Origin: Nemertoderma westbladi
Taxonomy: Eukaryota; Animalia; Xenacoelomorpha
Direction of reading: 5' to 3'
Length of the DNA stretch: 64,000 nt
Assembly: GCA_032718475.1 (NCBI GenBank)
Contig: JAUCBJ010008868.1
Coordinates: 1 to 64,000, forward strand
Shown here: positions 1 to 12,500 of the stretch, piece by piece
Position numbering within the stretch: the stretch's first letter is position 1
How the letters are laid out: each line of letters begins with the position of its first letter
Position numbers and translations under genes: made by a program
Notes under the pieces: model-generated
Told to the model about the DNA's origin: nothing
Seen by the model: only the letters and a program-made list of their open reading frames with translations
Databases searched by the model: none

Positions 1-540
1 GTCTCCTATGAATCGCTGATAATCTGACAAATATGTATCAATTGCATCTCTCTTTGGTGGTCCTTCTGGTGTTTCTTCGCTTTCCACTTCGCTTTCCACT
101 TCGCTTTCCACTTCGCTTTCCACTTGGGAAGAAGGGGCGTCGGTTGATTCTTCAAAGGTTGGCCGCTCATCGCAAACCGTATCCGCAATTTTCGCCCCGC
201 GTTCGGGCGTCCGCTCAACAGTCTCCGAACTACTGGAGCTATCTGGTCGCTGGGGACTAGGTTCTCGATCAGGATGTTGCTGCGATAGGACAGCTTCCTC
301 TAGGTTCCGTTTTACCTGGGCCCGAGTGCCTATGATAGACCTATGGTGGATTAGCCTAGGGTCTGATACTACTACTGTAGGGCTAGGGATGACCTTGCTT
401 ACAGTAGGAGGGGACTTGGACTTCGGTCTCAGACGTTCTATACTCTTAGCTGAGTCCCAGATCTTTTTAAGACCCTGTCTAACACTCGTTCTAGCACTTT
501 CTAAGAAACTATCTGACAGTGATTGGGTTTGTTCAGCCAT
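1..540 (-). CDS. 5' part of an ORF running off the left edge (MAEQTQSLSDSFLESARTSVRQGLKKIWDSAKS...DTYLSDYQRFIGD); low-complexity N-terminus, possibly retroelement gag/ORF1
   Basis: Manual translation from the ATG at 540-538 gives 180 stop-free codons to position 1. It is absent from the ORF track because its stop lies outside the window. GC is higher than in the upstream flank. No diagnostic domain is visible. Confidence 0.55.
   Translation of the reverse strand, partial: MAEQTQSLSDSFLESARTSVRQGLKKIWDSAKSIERLRPKSKSPPTVSKVIPSPTVVVSDPRLIHHRSIIGTRAQVKRNLEEAVLSQQHPDREPSPQRPDSSSSSETVERTPERGAKIADTVCDERPTFEESTDAPSSQVESEVESEVESEVESEETPEGPPKRDAIDTYLSDYQRFIGD
76..123. repeat. 12-bp tandem repeat (ttcgctttccac) x4, encoding (VESE)n in the minus-strand ORF
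   Basis: Directly visible; preserves the frame. Confidence 0.9.
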
Positions 541-3500
541 GTTTGATTGTACAGTTGAATGCCTACTGCTATAGTTACAGTTAAAGCAAGTCTAGTAATT
601 CAGTAAGACTGTTGGCCTAGTACCGGTAATTAATTGCAATATATTAGAATACCGGTATACACTTATAGTATATATAAGTATAACAGACTAGATTTGTCAC
701 AGAGTACCGATATATAATTTTAGCACAAATATATATAAATATATAATAGGCCTATCGTGAATACCGGTATACAGCTGACACTTATAGTATATATAAGTAT
801 AATTATTACTAGAATTAATTACAGAATACCGGTATGATTTCAGCTCAAATTTATAGAAATAAATATAATAAACCTATTAGAGATACTGGTATATCAATTA
901 TTTAGGATAATTGAATTTCTGAAATTATAAGTTACTTAGTTACTTGAGTTTACTCTGTTACCGTTATGCAAGCAGTAGTCCAACTGATATTGTGACCTAC
1001 TTGTTGTATGGCAGGCCTACTGATTTATAAATCTTTGGAGTTGATTTATAATATATATATACCCTGATAAGGGATTTGTTACAAGATTGAAATAGGTGTT
1101 ACTATTTCCGGTAAAATACCACTACACAGAAGCTGTGCGCTTTCAGTGAAGTGCTACTTATGGGACACTAAACAGAATAATTCTACTGGCCTACGTTACT
1201 TATTTACTAGTTACTTACTATTGGTGAGATTACAATCTCTAATAAACACACAAAACGTTACGTACAGCAAATTTTTAGGGCAATTTTACAGGGAAACTAC
1301 TAACCAGTCTAACAAAGGGTTAGCTCTTCTGGCTATTACAACGAACAGGATACTACGGTATTTGAAAATAATAAGTAGAAGTAAATACTGCGTTGTCTAG
1401 ATAGGAAAGTACCACCGCCTGACGACCTACAGCCGTATCGCTATAGGTACAACGTTATGTATCTACGGAGTGTTCCTACCTAGAAGTTAATTACCGCCGT
1501 CTACCAGAACGAGCGTGCCTATTAACCACTTTACAACACAATAATGCCTACACTAATTACTTTCGGAAAGCACTGTACACTAAACCCTAAATTAGGTACA
1601 GGTACTTGTAAAAACAGATAACCAGTAGTTAAATATACTTGAACAGTTAAAAGAACCACAGCATCTGCTGGAGTGACCGGGGCACTAAGTCACCAGTCTT
1701 TACCTACGCCAAGCAGCCCGTGTAGTACTGGGGTTAATTTAACTATAACGGTATGTATAACAAACACAATTACTGTAGGAATAAACTTGGGAACATGAAT
1801 GTTGCGAGTAATTGCATAAACTCTGAATAATAAATATTACGCTACCCGTACAGAATACTCAAATAAAATACAAACTAAAATGCTGACAGACTACCACTAA
1901 GCCTAAACAAACTACTGTATGTGCAGATTCTGAAACTGTTAGTTAGTATGCGTGCTAATACGGTAGTACGACTTATTCTTTAAGAGGGGATTGTCCTTAC
2001 AGCGATGGCTGCCCCAACTTACTAACGGCACTTTATCAGACTTACTCTACACACGTAGCAATTCCTTCAGACCCAACAACAGTCAGACAACAGTCCAGCC
2101 TACAATGATCTGAACAATCTGAGCAGACTTACACGTCTTCAGCTCAATATTAACTTACTAGGAAATAAAACTGACAGAAATAAACCTAAGTAAAATCCCA
2201 ATAAAAACCAGGCGTCCCCGATTTAGTATCAAGACCTACCGGTATACAATAATCAAAATCGAATAATACTAATGTACTTGCACAGCAATACCGGTTATGA
2301 CAGTTGGGCCTACGGACCTACGGTAGTAGTACCGGTTATGACAGTTGGGCCTACTGACCTACTGGAGTGCCGGTACTTTCAATCTTATTGCTTACCGCAA
2401 ATAAGATCGATAGCTATTATTGTACGCGCTTTTATAGACCTTCAGCAGTTTAACCTGCCGAAATTTATATGTCTTTATTGATAAACTGCCTTTTATAAGA
2501 TGACAAGATTTAATACAAAAACAAACCAAAAACATTAGCCGAAGCCAGTCCATGCGCGTCCAAATGACCCGTTTATAACACCGGGAGACTGGATTCGTGG
2601 GCTTAAATTTATTTGCGGTCAAGCCTACTGTATTATTCGATTGATTACTAATATATAATCTCTGACAAATATTATTCACTTTCGGGAAATATTAGCAGTT
2701 CCTTTTAGGACGTGGCGCTCTACCTATGTAAACAGAGTTATGACTGATACTACACTCAACGATATGGCTTAAATTTCAAGCATAGGGCGCATTCTTTAGG
2801 AATGCTTTATTATCAGATCCAATCACTTTACAATCACGCACGCTACCGGTAACGCACAACACTGCTCACTGATATGCCGACAGTTACTGACTTTGATCAG
2901 GTATAAAGAGATATGCACTGGACTCAGGTAGTGTCTGTCAAACAACATTAGATTCACTACAAACACAATAATAAAGTCGCAATTGTTGTACATAACCTTT
3001 CTCTCTAACCTGTAGTGTATCAAAGATATTGGGAAAATGTGGGTTGATTATTGATATTCTTCAACTAATAACATCCAATTATACTGATACAAAATTACAA
3101 ACAGTAAAAGCAGTATGACGGTAGGTTAAGATATAATTAGATTGCATTGAATTAAGATCGATATAAAGTGATATGAATCGAGTTGTTTTGTTAATAGCGA
3201 TAATAGCTATGCTTTCTATAATTTAGCCTACTAATGTTCTTACAAAAGGGCAGAAACATTGCGTCATTCCAGCCGATCTTCAGGCAGTATGGAACGACAT
3301 AAACACTGAGTTTGGGAGCTGCTGTAGGTATCTCTTCAAGGAAAACGCAAATCGCCCTGATTGGTTGTTAGACCAAAACAAAGGAACCAGGAGTCCAATG
3401 AGAGCTCCCTCCACGTCATCATCCAGCTGGGAGATGTCGTAATCAGAATCCTTCCCTTGACATAGTGACAGTGAAATGCCGCATTGCGGGGTTTGTACCC

Positions 3501-5158
3501 TGCTACGTCCGCATAAAGCACACATTCAGAAGAATCTATTTTATGTCCGTTAAAAACACTTATACAGCACCCCGAGGGCTAGGGGATCCAATTATATCTG
3601 TAAACGCTTTTACAGCAGGTTTCAGAGTATTTTAGCGTATGGGGGGAAAACTGGATCGCGGGGCGAAGGACCAGTTGCATCCCACAGAAGCTTTTACAGT
3701 CAGGTAGACACAGGGGTCCACCGTGACTTTGGGTCATCACGCATTTTTATTTGCTTAAACTTTAGTCGGACCTTAGAGTAATCAAAATCCGTCGGGTGCC
3801 ACTTCGGCACCTTTGGGGAACTTTTTATAATGCACTTAACCTAAGTTTCCATAGCAACCGGCATACAAGGTTTTATTTTGAGATATCTGCGACCTTGCAC
3901 CTATTGCTACAGCTCTTGGTAATTATTCTGAATAAGATTTCTAGAAGATTAGTTCCCATAGCAACATTATTAATCATCAATTTTGGCCTTTGGGATGTTT
4001 TAGGAAACTTTAGATTATTTATGTAACTATTTATAAAATCAAACAATTATATCATCACTGGGGGGTTATTAATCACATTTAGTTTTTCATTTAATTAGAT
4101 GAGTTAGTTTTTTCCTTTCAAATTCAAATTTTGACGTTTATCTATCCAACGATTGCAGAAAATAGGTACCTTAGATTCAATGTGCCATCATTCTTTACTG
4201 CGTACCTATCTGGGTATCTATCCCAAATATTATCCATTACTGGTATTACGAAAGTTAATCAATCAGCTAGAAGAGTTGTATGTTTATTAAATTAATTATT
4301 TAAACGGCTTTAAACATTGTATTTATTTTTACACTTTGAAGTGGTGCAGGTGAATATTGTAGTACATGGTAGTGGTAGAGCGGCTATAGAGCAGCCGCAT
4401 CGATTGGAAGAACAGGCGCAGAACAATTACAAGATATAGTTTTGAGGATCGAAATTGGGGCAATGGATGAGACGCCAGGATCCGGTATCAGTTTGTCATT
4501 GATCGCCATCCAACCAAACTTGTTAACAGCCAACAGTGGAGGTGCAGGATCATCAGTAGCTCTCCCCAGAAGAACTTGCAAACGAGCCCGTTTTACATGT
4601 CTTTACATTTACATGTATACGTCGGTACTCTGTGTGGGGGGAAGGTTGAATACTTTAGGGTGTTGCTTCTTTGAAGTGAATAGCCTATGTCGAAGTTCGT
4701 TCAGAGTATCCGAATCCGATATGCCACCACCATAGAGGTGTAGTTGTAAATTTACAGCACCCATTCCGCAAAATTTAATGGAATTCAAATCTGATTTCGA
4801 AATGCGAGGAAAAGATATGTTATTAGGAACTCCTCCAGAGTTCCCTGTGGACGTCTGCAGTAACTCTATAGCTGTTGAGTGGGAGTTACGAAGACCATTT
4901 GGGGTAAATACATTTAGGTCAAAGTTATCAATCAACGCGCTAATTGGTTGATGGTTTTTGTTAAAATCATCCAAAATATCGCCAGATAAAAACCACGTTC
5001 TCCTGTAAATTTTGCAGCAGACTTTCTAAAACGTAGCACTTCATCATAGCTGGCAATATATCCTAGTGAATGCAAGAAATCTATAAGTTCCCGGCTTCCA
5101 AATAGATAATGAAGCTTTATAACCATCCCAAGTGTTGTCTGGTTATACACTCCACTTA

Positions 5159-5943
5159 TTAGTGCCTGTATAGAGTGCACCAAGGATACAGGTTTGTACT
5201 TTGCATTAGTGCCTGTATAGACTGCGCCAAGGATACAGGTTTGTACTTTGCATTAGTGCCTGTATAGACTGCGCCAAGGATACAGGTTTGTAATTTGCAT
5301 TAGTGCCTGTATAGACTGCGCCAAGGATACAGGTTTGTACTTTGCATTAGTGCCTGTATAGACTGCGCCAAGGATACAGGTTTGTACTTTGCATTAGTGC
5401 CTGTATAGACTGCGCCAAGGATACAGGTTTGTACTTTGCAGTAGTGCCTGTATAGACTGCGCCAAGGATACAGGTTTGTACTTTGCATTAGTGCCTGTAT
5501 AGACTGCGCCAAGGATACAGGTTTGTACTTTGCAGTAGTGCCTGTATAGACTGCGCCAAGGATACAGGTTTGTACTTTGCATTAGTGCCTGTATAGACTG
5601 CGCCAAGGATACAGGTTTGTACTTTGCATTAGTGCCTGTATAGACTGCGCCAAGGATACAGGTTTGTACTTTGCAGTAGTGCCTGTATAGACTGCGCCAA
5701 GGATACAGGTTTGTACTTTGCATTAGTGCCTGTATAGACTGCGCCAAGGATACAGGTTTGTACTTTGCATTAGTGCCTGTATAGACTGCGCCAAGGATAC
5801 AGGTTTGTACTTTGCAGTAGTGCCTGTATAGACTGCGCCAAGGATACAGGTTTGTACTTTGCATTAGTGCCTGTATAGACTGCGCCAAGGATACAGGTTT
5901 GTACTTTGCATTAGTGCCTGTATAGACTGCGCCAAGGATACAG
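5159..5943. repeat. 47-bp minisatellite inside the transposase exon (17 copies of a 33-bp core with 16 copies of a 14-bp filler)
   Basis: Unit ttagtgcctgtatagactgcgccaaggatacag+gtttgtactttgca. First core starts at 5159 and last at 5911 (16 x 47). Confidence 0.97.
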
Positions 5944-6485
5944 ATTGTTTGGTTTCTTCTCCATTAGAAACTAATTTGGAAATTAGACTTAGTAGATTTT
6001 TGCTAGTGGACGCTATTGCTCGGTCTCTTGTAAATTCTGACAAGTTGTATTCAAATATAGATCGTTCTTTCATTATGCCATTCACTTCCTTGACAATTTC
6101 TTTGGATATTCGACAGTGTTGTCTATGGAAACATCAACCGTTTCAACCGAAGATATTACATCAGATAATGCATCTTGGATACATATAATGCTAGCAGCAC
6201 AATAAGAGCCGGTTTCCATACCATTCTTTCAGCTTTATAGCCAGTTTTGAACGCTCTTTACGATCTCATGGTCTCTCAATGGTCTCATGTTCAGCATCGC
6301 CTTAAATAAAATATAAATTAATTATTATTAAAAATTAATTATTAAAAATCATTTAGCAGAGTTTTGCTGGAGACAAGTACTTAAAAGAACTTAACAGATT
6401 AAAGTACTTAAAGAAAAAAGTATTAAACATAAAAAAAAAACAAGCAAGAAAAAAATACCAGCTAGTAAAAAAACACTAGCTTCCA

Positions 6486-6712
6486 TTAAATATTATTCAA
6501 CGGTAAATATTATTTACCGTTAAATATTATTTACCGTTAAATATTATTTACCGTTAAATATTATTTACCGTTAAATATTATTCACCGTTAAATATTATTT
6601 ACCGTTAAATATTATTTACCGTTAAATATTATTTACCGTTAAATATTATTTACCGTTAAATATTATTTACCGTTAAATATTATTTACAGTTAAATATTAT
6701 TTACCGTTAAAT
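6486..6712. repeat. 17-bp minisatellite (taccgttaaatattatt), ~13 copies, in the transposase intron
   Basis: Directly visible; period 17. Confidence 0.95.
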
Positions 6713-7762
6713 AAATAGTTATTACACACTCTTTAAAATTTGTTAGTTAGGACTTACCTGAACCATTATTACGACATGTAGATGTTGAAGCGAATTCGGA
6801 ATTCAAGATGCGACAGTACACTGAATGCAATTGTACCGATGTCCATAACCTATTTTTGTTCTGTCCCATTTCCTTTACAACTTCTCTAAACGCAACGTCC
6901 TTTTTTGCATCTGCAAAGGGTATTGCTTTACGGAGAGCCATTAAAATGCTTCGTGGGGCCCGAAATGAACTATAGCAGGATTTATGATATTGGGCTGACA
7001 CAGAGGATAGGTCTATGCCTTCCAGAAGAAGTTTGATAGTTTCTGCTAAATTATCACCATGAGTTAGAATTCGCAAATCACAAACCCGGAGTAATTCTTC
7101 CTTAACAACCTTGGTCTTGCAATGAACCACCCTCTCCCAGCGATTAGGATGCCTATCATCTTTCTTTAGACAAACTTTACCACATATGACACAATCGCGC
7201 GCAAATTATATAAGCACATCAGAATGCAATTTTTTTAGAGGTGCTTCTGGTAATTTCTGTGAGTTGGAAATGTGTCGTCGTTTTAACTCACGCTCTAATG
7301 TTGTTTCGAAGTATATTATGTAGAAATGCACTGCTTGTGAAAAATAACACTCAGTTCCGAATCGTTATTAAGTTTTCGCTGAAGAATTTCATTGAGGTTA
7401 TCACTTTCACGGGCTGCACTACAAGCTATTATGTTCTTTATGCGAATAGGTCTCCAGTGATTAGTGTTCCAGATGTTTTTCGGCAAAACAGACACGACTC
7501 ATCCATCATTTAGCGCCGATTAAATAACAGTACATGATGTTGGGATGTTTCACCTTCGATCGTCCTATTATGATAAATATTTCGTCTTTTGAAACGTAAA
7601 TAGGGTACTAGTTCGTCATGTCGAAACCCCCATCCAATTGTTTTCCACGAGCTAAAGCTTCTTTGATTTTTATATATTATTTTCTTGAACATAGTCAACA
7701 TTCTATAATAGTTTTTATTCTTTTTTTGCTTCTCTTTATCAAAATACTATCTATTAAACAAT

Positions 7763-7937
7763 CTTACTAAAAAAACCACGTGGTAAAAAATCCATGATAA
7801 ACCATGAAAAACCATGATAAAAAATCATGGGATAGGAGTAGCGCCCACCCCTACCCTTGGGTAGCAGCTATCGAAAGAGGAGCCTTCGGGTCGCCTCCGG
7901 CTTCGGCCGACTGTTTGCTTGCTTACTAAAAAACCAA
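7763..7937 (+). mobile_element. 5'-truncated SINE/LINE 3'-end insertion with target-site duplication
   Basis: cttactaaaaaaacca occurs at 7763-7778 and 7922-7937. Between them lie a filler of repeated ccatga motifs and a GC-rich multi-hairpin ending in a (gctt)n tail. It resembles RTE-related SINE tails recalled from molluscan genomes. Confidence 0.7.
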
Positions 7938-8889
7938 AATATTTTATTTACACGTTTTGCATATTCTGGAATATTCTAGAAATTTCAATTTAGCTAAATT
8001 CATTTTCAACACAACTAAAACTGCTACCAACCATAAAAAACACTAGCTATGTAAAATACTAAACAAGTTACGTAATATAATTTTTTGATTTTTTTTTATG
8101 AATAAATGTGCCGCTGTGTGCTGCCATAAAAAATACTAGCTATATCAATTTTACTAAATAATACTAATGACCAATAAAGTGTGTTTGTAAACCAAGTTAA
8201 ATTACGAGGCGGTAGGCAATATATAAACGAACCGGTTAACGAAACGACGGTGAACAATACATACCGTTAAAAGATTTGCAAAATATTGGTAATCAAAGCT
8301 TTCATACAGTATCATAGCTAAGTATACTGCAATTACAGTATATTCAGATCTAAACATATACAGATATACGTAGTTGTTTATCTCTGTTCTAGAACACTTA
8401 ATTTAATTACTCCAGTAACAAACGTTTATAATTAATGTAATTTTTGGAATAGGTTGACTAATTTGTACTTGTATTTTATGCTGTAAAAAAAATTACCCAA
8501 GGTATCCAAACTGGCACCCGGTGAATATTTACATTATTATTATCAGGGAAGACATTGAGAAAATAAAATTGCGTGATGACCCAAGTTCACGGTCCTCCCT
8601 TGAGCTCTATTGAGCGTCTACTGGACTATGAGGTATTGTAAATTTAATACAGCTTTGTAAATATAATATACTGTATCACTAGTAGTAGACCCTATTGTAT
8701 GTAATTTTACCTGTAAATAAATATATTAATGCATTGAATTTTACTTGAGTTCTTATTATATTCACCCACACACAGTGTGTTTTTAATTAGGAAATATTCA
8801 CCTGTTAGTGTTATACATAACCTTGGTGCTTTTCTCCCTCTGTAACTATTATACGAGGTGTTTAATAATAATAATAATAATAACATGAG

Positions 8890-9180
8890 AAACGGCAATG
8901 GATGATGTGGTTAGAGATTTATTTGTCCAATGCTGCATATGCAGTTGGGTTCATCAATAGACCAATTCCACCATTGCCACTATCATCTGCTGATGCGAGG
9001 GCGAGTCGCCAACCACCCCCCTGTCCTTAATCAGAACCTCATCAGTCTGCCTAGTCAGAAATCAGTCCTCCAGTCTGTATTCGGTGTCTGTATTCACTCA
9101 CTTGGTGCTTTACAGTGTGGGACCCAGTTTTAGGGTATTAACTGAGGCTAGGGTAGTGACTGGTCTCATGTTTACCAATG
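8890..9180 (-). pseudogene. Degraded apurinic-endonuclease fragment of an RTE-like LINE
   Basis: The minus strand reads GGWRLALASADDSGNGGIGLLMNPTAYAALDK, resembling the W.L..SA...GGVG.LL.P.A...L segment of RTE endonucleases; stops nearby. Confidence 0.4.
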
Positions 9181-9545
9181 GTTGGGCGGATCGGAATTGA
9201 ATATAAGTCTATATAAGGGAACAAAGTGTTTCTCTATTTAATAAATAAGTTGAAATTAATGAATAAGTAAATGTTAATAATTTATGTTTCATATAGCAAA
9301 TATGCATAGAGGAATATTGTAATTTAGCACACATAATAATATAAGTTGTTATTGAAAAATCAACAATCATTCAAAATCAGTACAAAATAATAACTTAAAC
9401 TACTCAGGTAGACTACTACAGTGTCTAGGTCTACTGTGTAAAAAATTCACACTCATAAGAGCAGTTTAATTGTGAGCATGCAGTGTACAAATAACGGAGG
9501 GGGTTAATGACTTCGGGAATAACTTACAAAACACTTTAAATTAAA

Positions 9546-12500
9546 TTTACTGTAACACCAGTTGCCTAGGCTGTTATTTTACTGTAGTACCAGTTGTCTA
9601 GGCTGTTATTTTACTGTAGTACCAGTTGCCTAGGCTATTATTTTACTGTAGTACCAGTTGCCTAGGCTATTATTTTACTGTAGTACCAGTTGCCTTGGCA
9701 GTTATTTTACTGTAGTACCAGTTGCCTAGTCTGTTAATTTACTGTAGTACCAGTTGCCTAGGCTATTATTTTACTGTAGTACCAGTTGCCTAGGCTATTA
9801 TTTTACTGTAGTACCAGTTGCCTTGGCAGTTATTTTACTGTAGTACCAGTTGCCTAGGCTGTTATTTTACTGTAGTACCAGTTGCCTAGGCTGTTATTTT
9901 ACTGTAGTACCAGTTGCCTAGGCTGTTATTTTACTGTAGTACCAGTTGTCTAGGCTGTTATTTTACTGTAGTACCAGTTGCATAGGCTGTTATTTTACTG
10001 TAGTACCAGTTGCCTAGGCTGTTAATTTACTGTAGTACCAGTTGCCTAGGCTGATATTTCACTGTAGTACCAGTTGCCTAGGCTGTTATTTTACTGTAGT
10101 ACCAGTTGCCTAGGCTGTTATTTTACTGTAGTACCAGTTGCCTAGGCTGTTATTTTACTGTAGTACCAGTTGCCTAGGCTGATATTTCACTGTAGTACCA
10201 GTTGCCTAGGCTGTTATTTTACTGTAGTACCAGTTGCCTAGGCTGTTATTTTATTGTAGTACCAGTTGCCTAGGCTGTTATTTTATTGTAGTACCAGTTG
10301 CCTAGGCTATTATTTTACTGTAGTACCAGTTGCCTAGACTGTTATTTTACTGTAGTACCAGTTGCCTAGGCTGTTATTTTACTGTAGTACCAGTTGTTGC
10401 CTAGACTGTTATTTTACTGTAGTACCAGTTGCCTAGGCTGTTATTTTACTGTAGTACCAGTTGCCTAGGCTGTAAATTTACTGTAGTACCAGTTACCTAG
10501 GACGGGGCCGGTCTCCCAACATTGGCCATGTAAATAAACCTGTAAATAATATATTGTTGGACTTTTCCCACTCCTACCTAAAAGTTATTTTTAAAGTATG
10601 ATTGTTTCCTGGGGGTGGGTATTACAGCCATTGTTTGTTTTGTGTTGTTTTTTTTTATTGTTTGTATTTGTCTCAATCCAATATCAGCAATAAAAACCGT
10701 AGTACTGACCCGAAAAAAAAAAAAAAGTTACCTAGGCTGTTATTTTACTGTAGTACCAGTTGCCTAGGCTGATATTTTACTGTAGTACCAGTTGCCTAGG
10801 CTGTAAATTTACTGTAGTACCAGTTACCTAGGCTGTTATTTTACTGTAGTACCAGTTGCCTAGGCTGTTATTTTACTGTAGTACCAGTTGTTGCCTAGAC
10901 TGTTATTTTACTGTAGTACCAGTTGCCTAGGCTGTTATTTTACTGTAGTACCAGTTGCCTAGGCTGTAAATTTACTGTAGTACCAGTTACCTAGGCTGTT
11001 ATTTTACTGTAGTACCAGTTGCCTAGGCTGTTATTTTACTGTAGTACCAGTTGTTGCCTAGACTGTTATTTTACTGTAGTACCAGTTGCCTAGGCTGTAA
11101 ATTTACTGTAGTACCAGTTACCTAGGCTGTTATTTTATTGTAGTACCAGTTGCCTAGGCTGTTATTTTATTGTAGTACCAGTTGCCTAGGCTATTATTTT
11201 ACTGTAGTACCAGTTGCCTAGACTGTTATTTTACTGTAGTACCAGTTGCCTAGGCTGTTATTTTACTGTAGTACCAGTTGTTGCCTAGACTGTTATTTTA
11301 CTGTAGTACCAGTTGCCTAGGCTGTTATTTTACTGTAGTACCAGTTGCCTAGGCTGTAAATTTACTGTAGTACCAGTTACCTAGGCTGTTATTTTACTGT
11401 AGTACCAGTTGCCTAGGCTGTTATTTTATTGTAATACCAGTTGCCTGGGCTGTAAATTTACTGTAGTACCAGTTACCTAGGCTGTTATTTTACTGTAGTA
11501 CCAGTTGCGTAGACTGTTATTTTACTGTAGTACCAGTTGCCTAGGCTATTATTTTACTGTAGTACCAGTTGTTGCCTAGACTGTTATTTTACTGTAGTAC
11601 CAGTTGCCTAGGCTGTTATTTTACTGTAGTAGCAGTTGCCTAGGCTGTAAATTTACTGTAGTACCAGTTACCTAGGCTGTTATTTTACTGTAGTACCAGT
11701 TGCCTAGACTGTTATTTTACTGTAGTACCAGTTGCCTAGGCTGTTATTTTACTGTAGTACCAGTTGCCTAGGCTGTAAATTTACTGTAGTACCAGTTACC
11801 TAGGCTGTTATTTTACTGCAGTACCAGTTGCCTAGGCTGTTATTTTACTGTAGTACCAGTTGCCTAGGCTGTAAATTTACTGTAGTACCAGTTACCTAGG
11901 CTGTTATTTTACTGTAGTACCAGTTGCCTAGGCTGTTATTTTACTGTAGTACCAGTTGCCTAGGGTGTTAATTTACTGTAGTACCAGTTGCCTAGGCTGT
12001 TATTTTACTGTAGTACCAGTTGCCTAGGCTGTTATTTTACTGTAGTACCAGTTGCCTAGGCTGTAAATTTACTGTAGTACCAGTTGCCTAGGCTGTTATT
12101 TTACTGTAGTACCAGTTGCCTAGGCTGTTATTTTACTGTAGTACCAGTTGCCTAGGCTGTAAATTTACTGTAGTACCAGTTGCCTAGGCTGTTATTTTAC
12201 TGTAGTACCAGTTGCCTAGGCTGTTATTTTACTGTAGTACCAGTTGCCTAGGCTGTTAATTTACTGTAGTACCAGTTGCCTAGGCTGTTATTTTACTGTA
12301 GTACCAGTTGCCTAGGCTGTTATTTTACTGTAGTACCAGTTGCCTAGGCTGTTATTTTACTGTAGTACCAGTTGCCTAGGCTGTAAATTTACTGTAGTAC
12401 CAGTTGCCTAGGCTGTTATTTTACTGTAGTACCAGTTGCCTAGGCTGTTATTTTACTGTAGTACCAGTTGCCTAGACTGTTAATTTACTGTAGTACCAGT

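Larger units (their letters stand above)
4323..7509 (-). pseudogene. Transposase pseudogene of the invertebrate family with a C-terminal TCR/CXC cysteine cluster; 2 exons (7509-6758, 6300-~4323)
   Basis: Recalled family motifs occur in order: CVICG..RHP.R, DLSSVSAQYHKSCYSSF, LHYLFGSRELIDFLHSLGYIASYDEVLRFRKSAA, IDNFDLNVFTPNGLRNSH, LYG..TLNELR..LPPT..H..RARLQ, FGW, AP..ILKTISCNC, CSSNRCGC..LPCT..C. GT-AG intron 6757-6301. Several stops and frameshifts. Confidence 0.75.
3695..8630 (-). mobile_element. Non-autonomous (internally deleted) TIR DNA transposon, ~4.9 kb
   Basis: 3721-3752 matches the reverse complement of 8561-8592 at 29/32. Outer ends tacagtcaggtagac (3695) and catagtccagtagac (rc of 8616-8630) are similar. 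A second inverted pair lies at ~3793-3828 / ~8483-8520. A transposase pseudogene lies between. No TSD recognised. Confidence 0.8.

Noticed and set aside
3280-3525. 81-aa minus-strand ORF in moderately GC-rich sequence
   Set aside because: No recognisable motif or convincing splice partners; left unassigned.
5159-5943. Repeat-spacer pattern resembling a CRISPR array
   Set aside because: The spacers are essentially identical 14-mers, the repeat is transposase coding sequence, there are no cas genes, and the context is eukaryotic.
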